Source of the DNA: a bacterium
Lineage (GTDB): Bacteria; CLD3; SB21
DNA: 46,813 nucleotides
Assembly (NCBI GenBank): GCA_013360215.1
Contig: JABWCP010000024.1
Location: 1-46,813, forward strand
Reading direction: 5' to 3'
Shown: positions 1-9,370 of the stretch, piece after piece
Position numbering within the stretch: the stretch's first letter is position 1
Layout of the letters: the number at the start of each line of letters is the position of its first letter
Position numbers and translations under genes: made by a program
The notes under the pieces: model-generated
What the model was told of the DNA's origin: nothing
Databases searched by the model: none
What the model saw: the letters and a program-made list of their open reading frames with translations, nothing else

Positions 1-3
1 GCA

Positions 4-1818
4 TTGGGGTCTTTGGAATTTCTGAAGACATGGAACGGCGGCAGTATCACCGCGCACGAAGAATGGAAAAATTACTACAGCACTTATACATACGTGGTGG
101 TAACACCGGGAACGGATGCGGCTATGCTTCAGGAGGGACTTGATAGGATTCCCGAAAAAGTGTATCGCGGAATGACATTGGAAACCCGGGATGCGGGTTA
201 TGCGTTTAAAGCCCAATCGCTTCAAGCGATCACGCCCGGTCCGATGTTATCCAATAGTACGTCAGGCGGAATGCCGCAAGCGGTTCTTATTTTTTTGATG
301 GTTTTGGCGGGAATCGGAATGTTTGCCGCGTTATTCAATTATGCCAACCTTACATTGGCGCGCTCATTGACGCGTGCAAGGGAAGTCGGTATCCGCAAAG
401 TTTCAGGGGCTACGCGGGCGCAGTTGATTTTTCAGTTTATGGGCGAATCGGTTATCATTACATTGGTATCGTTTTTGGTAGCTGAAACACTGCTGCGGGT
501 ATTTCTTGTGCCGGCTTTCCAAAGTTTAAGTTTTACGTCGGAACTGGATATTCGATTTGATCCCTCAGCAGGAACCTACTTATTATTCGCGGGATTTGCA
601 TTGTGCATCGGATTACTGGCAGGAATTATTCCGGCCATGGTTTTATCCTCATTCAATCCGGCAATAGTCATAAAAGATATTTCAAAAATTCGAATGTTTT
701 CAGGTTTGACGCTTCGTAAAACAATTCTTATTTCAGAATTTGTCGTAACCATTATTCTTCTTATCGTCCTCACCACAGTATATCGTCAGTCGGAGTTTGC
801 TTCAAAAATGGAGTATTACGGCTTTGATTGGCGCAATAAGATCAACGTACAACTTTCGGGTACCCAGGCACGCGTGATTGCCGACGAAATGGCGCGCTTT
901 CCGGGTGTAGTTTCTTATAGTTTTGCGTCCCATGCGATGGGTACATGGGCAGATCACACGGTAGATGTCCAGACTGATCCAACCAAAGAGGCTTCTGTGG
1001 TTCGAGATTATAGCGTCGATGAACATTTCATTGAAACGATGAAAATTAGTTTATTAACAGGCGCGAATCTGCATCGGAGTGAAAGCATAGGGGATAAAGT
1101 TCTCGTCAATGAACAATTTGTCAAATCACTGCAGCTTTCTAATAATAGCGATGCCGTCGGAAAGGTTATTTATCTGGACAAATCAAGACCTGTAACTATT
1201 GCAGGCGTGATCAAAGATTTTGTTTTCAAACCGGTAACGTACGCAATGGAACCCGTGATACTAACGTATGAACCCGCGCAATGGTCATTGGTTCATTTTA
1301 AAATAGCGAATGGTAGTAACAAAGAGGCGATTTCTTTTTTTGAGTCAGTATGGAAAAAATTTAACCCGTCCATCGAATTTTCATATCAAGTTTATTCGGA
1401 TGAACTGGTAAGCGTTTACAGCATCTTTACAGATTTGGGACGTATCATCGGTCTATTATCTTTGCTGATATTGACCATTGCTATGCTGGGATTACTCGGA
1501 GTGGCTTCCTACAGTGTCGAGACACGCACCCGTGAAATCGGTATTCGCAAAGTACTCGGCGCTTCGGCTATGCAGCTAATCAATCTTTTATCTAAGCAGT
1601 ATCTTAAACTGATCGGAATAGCCATGCTGATCGGATTGCCTATAAGTTTATTTTTATCGAACATGATACTGGAGTCTTTTGCATATCGTACCGAATTTGG
1701 GATAGGTATTATATTACCGGCTGTGATATTGTTAGGATTTTTAGTCGGTTTGACGATACTGTCGCAAGCATGGCGAGGTGCACATCATAATCCCATGACA
1801 GCGCTACGTCAGGAGTAA
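4..1818 (+). CDS. ABC transporter permease, MacB/FtsX-like (5'-truncated by window edge)
   Basis: Two FtsX-type TM blocks, each with the R.RE(V/I)GIRKV.GA motif (RAREVGIRKVSGA, RTREIGIRKVLGA), separated by a periplasmic domain; C-terminal NPMTALRQE. The true start probably lies upstream of the window. Confidence 0.88.
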   Translation: MGSLEFLKTWNGGSITAHEEWKNYYSTYTYVVVTPGTDAAMLQEGLDRIPEKVYRGMTLETRDAGYAFKAQSLQAITPGPMLSNSTSGGMPQAVLIFLMVLAGIGMFAALFNYANLTLARSLTRAREVGIRKVSGATRAQLIFQFMGESVIITLVSFLVAETLLRVFLVPAFQSLSFTSELDIRFDPSAGTYLLFAGFALCIGLLAGIIPAMVLSSFNPAIVIKDISKIRMFSGLTLRKTILISEFVVTIILLIVLTTVYRQSEFASKMEYYGFDWRNKINVQLSGTQARVIADEMARFPGVVSYSFASHAMGTWADHTVDVQTDPTKEASVVRDYSVDEHFIETMKISLLTGANLHRSESIGDKVLVNEQFVKSLQLSNNSDAVGKVIYLDKSRPVTIAGVIKDFVFKPVTYAMEPVILTYEPAQWSLVHFKIANGSNKEAISFFESVWKKFNPSIEFSYQVYSDELVSVYSIFTDLGRIIGLLSLLILTIAMLGLLGVASYSVETRTREIGIRKVLGASAMQLINLLSKQYLKLIGIAMLIGLPISLFLSNMILESFAYRTEFGIGIILPAVILLGFLVGLTILSQAWRGAHHNPMTALRQE

Positions 1819-2097
1819 ATCGAGAAACTATTCTGTTTAATATAAAAGATAATAAAATAGGCGAAGTGTATTTTGTGCTAAATGCACTTTTCATGATTGA
1901 ATAATAGAAAGAAATAAAAATCAGAGCAGTATTTGATCATATTAAAATTATTCGAAACTAAGTAACGCGTTAAGAGACGCTTCTGTTTTGGAATGATTTT
2001 AAAATTAAAAACCCGCATTTAACTCTATCGATCTGGCTTTTTGTTCTAGTGAATCGTATTTTTCGTTAACACTTAATCCCAGCGTGATTTCTGAAAT

Positions 2098-3642
2098 ATG
2101 CACCGTATCGTCACACCCACAGAAATGCAGACCATAGATCGTGAAACTATCGAACGTCATAGTATCCCGGGGCGTGAACTGATGGCGCGTGCAGGGGAAG
2201 TCATTTTTTTAACATTGACGGAACGTATACCCGATTTGGTATCGAAACGGGTTCTCATTCTTTGCGGAAAAGGCAATAATGGCGGAGACGGTTATGTGTT
2301 AGCCCGGTGTATGATTTCCGGCGGTATAACGCCAAAACTTATCATCGCTGCGGAGAAAAAACATATCGGCGGTGATGCACTGTGGCATCTCGAAAAATTG
2401 GAGCGAACAGGTATCGTAGTCGAGGCTTCCGATGCGTTTGAAGCACCGACGGAGAAATATGACGTCATCGTAGATGCATTACTTGGCACAGGTGCCCGCG
2501 GGCATTTGAGCGAACCCATAAAGTCATGGATCGAATGGATCAATAAACAACGTTTTCAAAAAAACGCATTTATTGTGTCCGTAGATATACCTTCGGGACT
2601 TGATGGGGAAACCGGATTGGTTTCAGATACGGCGGTTACGGCTCATCTCACCGTGACGATAGGATTACCTAAGCGGGGATTACTTTTTAATGAAGGAAAA
2701 AAACACACCGGACATCTTGCCGTAAAAGATATTGGTTTCCCGGAAATATTGACATCGGGCGGTTTATGGCAATTTATTAATCAATCGGATGTGGCGTCCC
2801 ATTTACCTATACGCAGACATAATTCAAATAAGTATGATTTCGGCAAGCTAATCATTATCGCCGGTTCACGGGGCATGTCGGGAGCTGCTTTGATGACTGC
2901 GCGCGCCGCAATGCGCTCAGGTGCCGGTGTTGTGCGGGTTGCGGTACCCAAATCAATAGCGCACGTGATCGAACAAGGTTTGCCTGAAGCCATGACAGTA
3001 CACTTACCGGAGACTGAGGATGGCGTAATAAGCCCGGCCGCATTATCTATGATTGTTGATTTGCACGGATGGTGCACTTGTGCGGCTATAGGCCCGGGTC
3101 TTTCTAAAAATCCCGCGATAGCAGAATGGATGTTTCTATTGCTGAGTCAATGGAATGTTCCTTCGGTTTTGGATGCGGATGCCCTTAATATTTTAAACGG
3201 GCAATGGGAAGTTTTGCGCGATGTACATTCAGATATGATCATCACCCCGCACAGCGGTGAATTTCGTCGTTTATTTGGTGTTGAAAAAAACAGCGCCACT
3301 GCAATGAATGATGAACTCCATGATTGGCAAAAAAAATTAAACCACACGATTCTCCTCAAGGGGGTTCCGACGCAAATCGCCGGTAAATCACACGTTTATA
3401 TAACACAGACTGGTAATCTGGGTATGGCCAAAGCGGGAAGCGGTGATGTGTTGACGGGGATTATCGCGGGGTTGATGGCGCAAGGATTAGAGTCTGAAAC
3501 AGCCGGCTTTTGCGGAGCGTATATTCACGGCTTGGCCGGAGATATTGCCGTAACAGACAAAACAGAATACGGGCTTTTGGCGGGCGATACGGTCGAATCG
3601 ATACCGAAAGCATTGCAGCGAATTACCAATTGCAATTCCTGA
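2098..3642 (+). CDS. nnr: Bifunctional NAD(P)H-hydrate epimerase/dehydratase (YjeF)
   Basis: YjeF_N motifs GKGNNGGDG, DALLGTG and VDIPSG; kinase-like domain motifs GPGLS, LDADALN, ITPHSGEF and AKAGSGDVLTG. Confidence 0.95.
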   Translation: MHRIVTPTEMQTIDRETIERHSIPGRELMARAGEVIFLTLTERIPDLVSKRVLILCGKGNNGGDGYVLARCMISGGITPKLIIAAEKKHIGGDALWHLEKLERTGIVVEASDAFEAPTEKYDVIVDALLGTGARGHLSEPIKSWIEWINKQRFQKNAFIVSVDIPSGLDGETGLVSDTAVTAHLTVTIGLPKRGLLFNEGKKHTGHLAVKDIGFPEILTSGGLWQFINQSDVASHLPIRRHNSNKYDFGKLIIIAGSRGMSGAALMTARAAMRSGAGVVRVAVPKSIAHVIEQGLPEAMTVHLPETEDGVISPAALSMIVDLHGWCTCAAIGPGLSKNPAIAEWMFLLLSQWNVPSVLDADALNILNGQWEVLRDVHSDMIITPHSGEFRRLFGVEKNSATAMNDELHDWQKKLNHTILLKGVPTQIAGKSHVYITQTGNLGMAKAGSGDVLTGIIAGLMAQGLESETAGFCGAYIHGLAGDIAVTDKTEYGLLAGDTVESIPKALQRITNCNS

Positions 3643-3688
3643 TTGTTTTTTTATATTTCCCCTGATCTTACAGTCTATCATTCAAGAA

Positions 3689-4456
3689 ATGCGGTGTATG
3701 AAAACAGTTATGATCGTTATGGTGTGCCTGTTTGGCATTCTTGCCGGCTGGGGCGTTTCGGCGCAGTCGCCGTCCTCCGATATTAAGAACGATGGCCCGA
3801 AAACTTCATCGGTTATCGCATCTGTCGTGCAGGCTATGAAAGATTCGCTTAGTAAAATACCGCCTGAAAAAGCTCTGCTGGATGTTCCGTTTTTTTGCCA
3901 GGCACCGTTTATGAATATGGATAGCTGGAATATTCACCGCGAAAGCTGTGAAGAGGCGGCGGCCCTTCAAGTCGTCTATTATTTGCGCGGTGTCAAAAAA
4001 GTTGACCTGAGTGCAACGGATAAAATTTTACGCGATATGATTGATTGGCAGATGAAGCAATTCAAAGGTCATCACGATATTCGCTGCGACAGTACCAAAG
4101 CCATGATCATGTCGTTCTTCGGTTATACCGATGACGAAGTGCGCATTATCCGAAAAGCGACTATTCAGGACCTCAAAGATCAGATACTTGCAGGTAATCC
4201 CGTGATTGCGATGGCCAACGGATACGTGCTCAACAATCCGCACTATGTCGAAAACCTTCGTGCCCGCGGCATGTCGGGTTATCATATGCTGACGGTAAAG
4301 GGTTTTGACTCTGAAAAAATTATCACCAACGATGTAGGAACCATGCGCGGTAACGGTTATACCTATACTTATGATATATTCCAAAAAGCGATGGATTTTC
4401 ATGGCGGTGATATTATCGTGATTCTTCCAAAAGATCGTACTAAGACAGGGCAATAA
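3689..4456 (+). CDS. Secreted C39-like (papain-fold) cysteine peptidase family protein, paralog 1
   Basis: Signal-peptide-like N-terminus; LDVPFFCQAP, ESCEEAA (Cys), YHMLTVKGF (His) and ITNDVGT (Asp) occur in the order typical of Peptidase_C39-like domains. Confidence 0.75.
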   Translation: MRCMKTVMIVMVCLFGILAGWGVSAQSPSSDIKNDGPKTSSVIASVVQAMKDSLSKIPPEKALLDVPFFCQAPFMNMDSWNIHRESCEEAAALQVVYYLRGVKKVDLSATDKILRDMIDWQMKQFKGHHDIRCDSTKAMIMSFFGYTDDEVRIIRKATIQDLKDQILAGNPVIAMANGYVLNNPHYVENLRARGMSGYHMLTVKGFDSEKIITNDVGTMRGNGYTYTYDIFQKAMDFHGGDIIVILPKDRTKTGQ

Positions 4457-4458
4457 GT

Positions 4459-5217
4459 ATGAATATCAATAAACGAATTTTGATCGGGTTGGGTACGGTT
4501 GTTCTCATGGTTTTCGGTGTGATGCTCTATCCGCGTTTTGCCGAATACCGTCTCCGTACACAATTAGAAAAAGAAAACGAAGCTGCGCTTAAAGAAATTT
4601 CTAAAACCGATATCATTCACGCCGCTGCCGTAGCGGATACCATGCCGGTTTCGTTTCCTGAAAAAGCGTATCTTGAAGTACCGTTTTATTGCCAGGCACC
4701 GCATATGAATTCGGACAGTTGGAAAATTCATAAAGAAAGCTGTGAGGAAGCGGCTGTTTTGCAAGCTGTATTCTACAATAAAGGCATCAAAAATGTTTCT
4801 GTAGATTCTGTGGATTGGTTGATCAAAGATATGTTGCGCTGGCAAGATCAGCATTTTGGTGGACACAAAGACATTCATGCCGACAGTGTCAAAATGATGA
4901 TGATGGGTTATTTTGGCTACAAAGACGAAGAGGTTAAAATTTTACGTAAAGCAAAAATCGAAGACATTAAGCGTTACGTAGCGATGGGGTATCCTGTGAT
5001 AGCGCCGACGTTCGGGCGGACACTTAAAAATCCTTTTTATACGCCGCCGGGGCCGCGGTACCATATGCTGACGGTGATCGGATATACACCTGATCGCGTG
5101 ATTACCAACGATGTCGGCACTCGCCGCGGAAAAGATTTTACCTATCCGTACGATATTTTTCAAAAATCGATGGATGAAGAAGGCGGCGATTGTTTGGTCA
5201 TTATGTCCAAAAAGTGA
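4459..5217 (+). CDS. Membrane-anchored C39-like cysteine peptidase family protein, paralog 2
   Basis: N-terminal TM helix; LEVPFYCQAP, ESCEEAA, YHMLTVIGY, ITNDVGT; aligns over its catalytic domain with the upstream ORF. Confidence 0.75.
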   Translation: MNINKRILIGLGTVVLMVFGVMLYPRFAEYRLRTQLEKENEAALKEISKTDIIHAAAVADTMPVSFPEKAYLEVPFYCQAPHMNSDSWKIHKESCEEAAVLQAVFYNKGIKNVSVDSVDWLIKDMLRWQDQHFGGHKDIHADSVKMMMMGYFGYKDEEVKILRKAKIEDIKRYVAMGYPVIAPTFGRTLKNPFYTPPGPRYHMLTVIGYTPDRVITNDVGTRRGKDFTYPYDIFQKSMDEEGGDCLVIMSKK

Positions 5218-5231
5218 TCTATAAATTTTGC

Positions 5232-5260
5232 TTGCATTATAGGTGTCATGCGTCTATTTT
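5232..5260 (+). promoter_or_regulatory. Candidate sigma-70 promoter upstream of the folE leader
   Basis: TTGCAT (5232-5237), 17 bp spacer, TATTTT (5255-5260). Confidence 0.4.
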
Positions 5261-5376
5261 CAACTGTTTTTAAGAAACAACTGTTCACTAAAATCATGAT
5301 TGTTTTGAGCGTACTTTTTAATTTTAAGACAACATTCGAACGCACAGCTACCGCTCAACGGTTTGCTTAAATTTTT

Positions 5377-5407
5377 ACCCTGAATTGATAAGAATTCAGG
5401 GTTTTTT
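5377..5407 (+). terminator. Intrinsic terminator-like hairpin directly upstream of folE
   Basis: Perfect 10-bp stem ACCCTGAATT/AATTCAGGGT with a 6-nt loop, followed by a T run. Confidence 0.65.
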
Positions 5408-5417
5408 ATTTGATACC

Positions 5418-5975
5418 ATGAAAACACAAGAACTGATCACGCAACTGCTTCGTAATTACGGTGAAAATCCCGATCGGGAAGGTTTACGCGATACGCCGGA
5501 CCGTGTGGCGAAGAGTTTTGAATTCCTTATGGGTGGCTATAAGGAAAGTGCTGAAGCGGTCATTCAATCCGCGATTTTTGAAGAAAATTTTAATGAGATG
5601 GTATTGGTTCGAGATATCGAATTGTACAGTCTTTGCGAGCACCACATGTTGCCTTTTTTTGGAAAGTGCCACATAGCTTATATCCCCAAAGGGAAAATCA
5701 TCGGTCTCAGTAAGTTACCCCGAGTTGTTGACGTATTCAGCCGCCGTCTTCAGGTGCAGGAACGCCTGACGATGCAAATCGCTAACGCCATTCAGGATGC
5801 TTTGCATCCCGAAGGGGTCGGTGTGATCATCGAAGCGCAGCACCTTTGTATGATGATGCGAGGCGTGGAAAAGCAACACAGCCTTACGACGACGAGTTGC
5901 ATGCTTGGCGTATTCAAAGACGATGCCCGCACACGGAGTGAATTTTTGACATTAGCGCATTCACAAAATAAATAA
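5418..5975 (+). CDS. folE: GTP cyclohydrolase I
   Basis: Motifs [41 protein letters not shown] and [14 protein letters not shown] 5418 is preferred over TTG 5385, which lies inside the hairpin. Confidence 0.96.
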   Translation: MKTQELITQLLRNYGENPDREGLRDTPDRVAKSFEFLMGGYKESAEAVIQSAIFEENFNEMVLVRDIELYSLCEHHMLPFFGKCHIAYIPKGKIIGLSKLPRVVDVFSRRLQVQERLTMQIANAIQDALHPEGVGVIIEAQHLCMMMRGVEKQHSLTTTSCMLGVFKDDARTRSEFLTLAHSQNK

Positions 5976-5997
5976 CCATTACAGGGAGAGCAGTACC

Positions 5998-6795
5998 ATG
6001 TCCGAGAAAGTATTAGTACAGTACGAAGTAAAAGACAGAGTCGCCATATTGACGCTGACGGATCCGCCGGCCAATACCTATACGCATGAAATGATGCGTC
6101 AGTTGGATGAGTGCATTCTCAAAGCGCGTTTCGACGAAAATGTCAACGTCATAGTGCTTACCGGTTTGGGTGAGAAATTTTTCTGCGCCGGCGCCAATAT
6201 TGATATGCTTAGCAAAGCGGATCCTGTATGGAAGTATTACTTCTGTCTTCATGCCAATGAAACGTTATTGCGTCTCGAACATACGCCGAAATTGGTCATT
6301 GCGGCATTGAACGGTCACTGTGTCGGCGGCGGTTTGGAGATCGCATTGGCTGCGGATATACGCATTGCGCGTAAAGATGCCGGTATGATCGGTCTTCCGG
6401 AAGTGGCGCTGGGTGTATTACCCGGTACCGGCGGCACACAGCGTTTTGCACGTGCCGTTGGGCGCTCGCTCTCCATCGAATTGATGGCAACCGGACGTAA
6501 ATTTGCTTACGAAGAAGCGCTCGATATGGGCCTTGTTAACTATATCTATGAAGGCAACGGCGCTTCGTTTATGGAACAAGTAATGGCGTACGCCAAACAG
6601 TTTACGATTCCCAATAAAGCCGCGATGGCCGTCGGTCATATCAAACGCTCAGTACAAACCGGTATTGAAGTTCCGCTCGAACAAGGACTCTCCCTTGAAC
6701 GCGAATTGCAATCGGCGCTTTTCAAAAGCGGTGATGCCAAAGAAGGACTCATGGCTTTCGTCGAAAAACGTACTCCGAAATTTACAGGACGTTAA
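5998..6795 (+). CDS. Enoyl-CoA hydratase/isomerase (crotonase) family protein
   Basis: FCAGANI, GHCVGGGLE and LPEVALGVLPGTGGTQR (both catalytic Glu present); C-terminal EGLMAFVEKR.P.F.GR; GGAG SD upstream. Confidence 0.92.
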   Translation: MSEKVLVQYEVKDRVAILTLTDPPANTYTHEMMRQLDECILKARFDENVNVIVLTGLGEKFFCAGANIDMLSKADPVWKYYFCLHANETLLRLEHTPKLVIAALNGHCVGGGLEIALAADIRIARKDAGMIGLPEVALGVLPGTGGTQRFARAVGRSLSIELMATGRKFAYEEALDMGLVNYIYEGNGASFMEQVMAYAKQFTIPNKAAMAVGHIKRSVQTGIEVPLEQGLSLERELQSALFKSGDAKEGLMAFVEKRTPKFTGR

Positions 6796-6892
6796 TCTGC
6801 AATGTATTTACGAGATCAGCGCACCCGAATACTTCCAAAGTACCGACCGCACAACGCGGAACGGGTGCGCCGGTCTTTCTTTTTTATAGCGT

Positions 6893-6924
6893 ATGCACTA
6901 ATCTTAATTAGTGCATTTTTTTTT
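6893..6924 (+). terminator. Intrinsic terminator-like hairpin
   Basis: Perfect 10-bp stem ATGCACTAAT-CTTA-ATTAGTGCAT followed by 8 further T. Confidence 0.65.
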
Positions 6925-6941
6925 GATAAAGGAGTAGAACT

Positions 6942-7676
6942 TTGCAAAATATGATAGCCCATCTGGTAACGCTTCAAAGCATTGATACCAAATTAGGTGA
7001 GATCGAAATGCTGCGCGGCGATTTACCTAAAATCGTGGAGCAACTCAAAGCGGAACTGGAAGAACTCCGCGATGAAATCAATTCGGATAAGCAATCCGTG
7101 GCCAACTTTGAGAAAGAAAAATCAGATCTGACCAATGAGCAATCCATGAATCAGGAGAAACTCAAAAAATTTCAAGATCAGTTATACAAGGCCACATCCA
7201 ATAAAGAATACGAAGCGACATCGGCTCAGATTGATTTTTGTGAGCAAGAGTTGAACCGCATTAAGCTGCGTTCGATAGACATTGATGCGCAGGTTATGGA
7301 ACTTCAGGAAGGTGTAAAACCCAAAGAAGAACGTCTTGCGGGACTGGAGAAAGATTTTTCTGAACGCGAAGGCGAATTGCAAACACGTATCGAAGAGACC
7401 AGTAAAGAAGAAAACGAATTGCGTCAAAAACGCGAAGGCTTAAAACCGCAAATTCGCCCTGATCTGATCAATAAATACGAACGTATTCGCAAAGCAAAAA
7501 ACGGTATTGCCGTCGCGCCGCTGGTCAAAGAAGCGTCGTGCGGTGGATGCTTTCAGCAGATACCACCGCAGATCATCATCGAATTGAAGAAGCGTGAGAA
7601 GTTGACGAATTGCGAATATTGCGGACGCATTTTGTACATTGAAGCGGATGTCGTCAAAGAAGCGTCGGCATCATAA
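6942..7676 (+). CDS. Coiled-coil protein with C-terminal C4 zinc ribbon (DUF164/CT398-like)
   Basis: Long coiled coil, then YERIR...CGGC...CEYCGRILY; TTG start 7 nt after an AAGGAG SD. Confidence 0.9.
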   Translation: MQNMIAHLVTLQSIDTKLGEIEMLRGDLPKIVEQLKAELEELRDEINSDKQSVANFEKEKSDLTNEQSMNQEKLKKFQDQLYKATSNKEYEATSAQIDFCEQELNRIKLRSIDIDAQVMELQEGVKPKEERLAGLEKDFSEREGELQTRIEETSKEENELRQKREGLKPQIRPDLINKYERIRKAKNGIAVAPLVKEASCGGCFQQIPPQIIIELKKREKLTNCEYCGRILYIEADVVKEASAS

Positions 7677-7689
7677 TTATCGGGGCGCT

Positions 7690-8499
7690 ATGCTTGAACA
7701 AAAATTTTTGGATGGCAAAGTTGTTTTGATCACGGGCGGCGGTACAGGGCTTGGGAAAAGTATGGCTGAACACTGTGCAGCGCGAGGAGCGCATGTCATT
7801 ATCACCGGACGGCGAATGGATGTGCTGGAATCGGCGGCGCACGATATATCCCGAGCGGGAACGCGCGTACTAACAGTCCCATGCGACGTACGCGTACCGG
7901 ATCAGGTACAAGCCATGACCGATAAAGCCGTTAAAGAATTTGGCCGCGTGGATCATTTGATCAATAATGCCGCAGGAAATTTTTTGTGTGCGGCTGAAAA
8001 ATTGAGCGTCAACGGTTGGAACGCCGTCATCAATATTGTTTTGAACGGTACGTTTTATTGTTCGAGCAGTGTTGGAAAAACGATGATACAAAACGGCGGC
8101 GGTACGATAACCAATATTGTCGCAACGTATGCTTGGGCATCGGAGCCCGGCGTCATTCATTCGGCCAGCGCCAAAGCAGGGGTACTGGCAATGACGCGTA
8201 CGCTCGCTGTCGAGTGGGCTCGCTACGGTATTCGTGTAAATGCGATAGCACCCGGAGCAATTCGTACGGAAGGTACCGATAAGAACCTCTGGGGCGATCC
8301 GGATCAGAGATCGCGTATGACCGGTCGTATTCCGATGGGTCGGTTCGGGCAACCCGAAGAAGTGGCCCATACACTTTTGTTTTTACTTTCAGACTTCTCC
8401 CGATATATAACAGGAGAAGTGATTACCGTTGACGGCGGTGCTTGGATAGGAAAAGGTACCTATGAAATGATTGATGTTAAAAATATTAATCAATTATAA
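7690..8499 (+). CDS. SDR oxidoreductase, 2,4-dienoyl-CoA reductase-like
   Basis: TGGGTGLG, NNAAGNF, HSASAKAGV, LAVEWARYGIRVNAIAPG; ATG 7690 follows the upstream stop. Confidence 0.88.
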   Translation: MLEQKFLDGKVVLITGGGTGLGKSMAEHCAARGAHVIITGRRMDVLESAAHDISRAGTRVLTVPCDVRVPDQVQAMTDKAVKEFGRVDHLINNAAGNFLCAAEKLSVNGWNAVINIVLNGTFYCSSSVGKTMIQNGGGTITNIVATYAWASEPGVIHSASAKAGVLAMTRTLAVEWARYGIRVNAIAPGAIRTEGTDKNLWGDPDQRSRMTGRIPMGRFGQPEEVAHTLLFLLSDFSRYITGEVITVDGGAWIGKGTYEMIDVKNINQL

Positions 8500-8500
8500 T

Positions 8501-9367
8501 ATGATCATGATACGGTGGTTCGTTCTATTCAGCGTGTTGGTTGTGGCATCGGGTTCGTCTGCTTTTACACAAAAAGTGACGGCCAATGTCAAAATTATCC
8601 GTGATAAACTTCAGGGACGTAATCTCGATTTATTTGAAGGAATGGAACAGAAAATCACCTCGTATGTCAATAACTACGATTGGTCCAAAACAGGCGATAA
8701 TACACCGATGCCTGTGGATATTCAGATTTTTCTTGAGAAAGTTTCTGAAGTAAATGAATTACGGCGTGTGCATGCCACGATGTTTTTTTCCAATGGAAAG
8801 GTCATGCAGTCGCTGGATAAAGAATGTATTTTTTCGATCCGAAAGGGCGCCGTTTTTTATCATGATGAGAATGCCATCGATCCTTTTTTAAGTATTATAG
8901 ATTTTTATATCTACATCATGCTCGGCGATGAAATGGATTCGCTTGGCAAATTATTGGGTACGCCTTTTTTTCAAAAAGCGCGAAGTTTGGCTACGCAGGC
9001 TAAAGCATTTGTCCCTGAAAATGTTTCCGGTTGGGATGCACGTTTATTGAAATCCGATGATTTTCTTGATCTGCGTTACCAGGAATATCGGATTATGAAA
9101 GATCATTTCTATGAAGCCGTATCGCAACTAGAAAATGAGGATGTGGCGGGAGCACGGCAAAATGCAACCAAAGCGTTGGATATCTTAGAGCGGATTTACA
9201 CTAAAAATATCACATCGTATCATTCGGAACGATTTATCGCGCTGAACTATTTGGATTTTTGTAAAATTTTCGCGCGCTCCGGTGAGAAGAAAATATATGA
9301 TCGTTTGATCGCTTTGGATCCAAAAAATAAAGACACCTACCTCAAGTACCGCAACGAACAAAACTGA
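8501..9367 (+). CDS. Exported DUF4835-family (PorD-like) protein
   Basis: Signal peptide; YVNNYDWS and IIDFYIYIMLGDEMDS.GKLLGTPFFQKA resemble the DUF4835 consensus as I recall it. Confidence 0.7.
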   Translation: MIMIRWFVLFSVLVVASGSSAFTQKVTANVKIIRDKLQGRNLDLFEGMEQKITSYVNNYDWSKTGDNTPMPVDIQIFLEKVSEVNELRRVHATMFFSNGKVMQSLDKECIFSIRKGAVFYHDENAIDPFLSIIDFYIYIMLGDEMDSLGKLLGTPFFQKARSLATQAKAFVPENVSGWDARLLKSDDFLDLRYQEYRIMKDHFYEAVSQLENEDVAGARQNATKALDILERIYTKNITSYHSERFIALNYLDFCKIFARSGEKKIYDRLIALDPKNKDTYLKYRNEQN

Positions 9368-9370
9368 TTC

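Noticed and set aside
1819..2097. AT-rich 279-bp spacer with a short palindrome TAACGCGTTA
   Set aside because: No convincing ORF, RNA structure or repeat; a single 10-bp palindrome is expected by chance.
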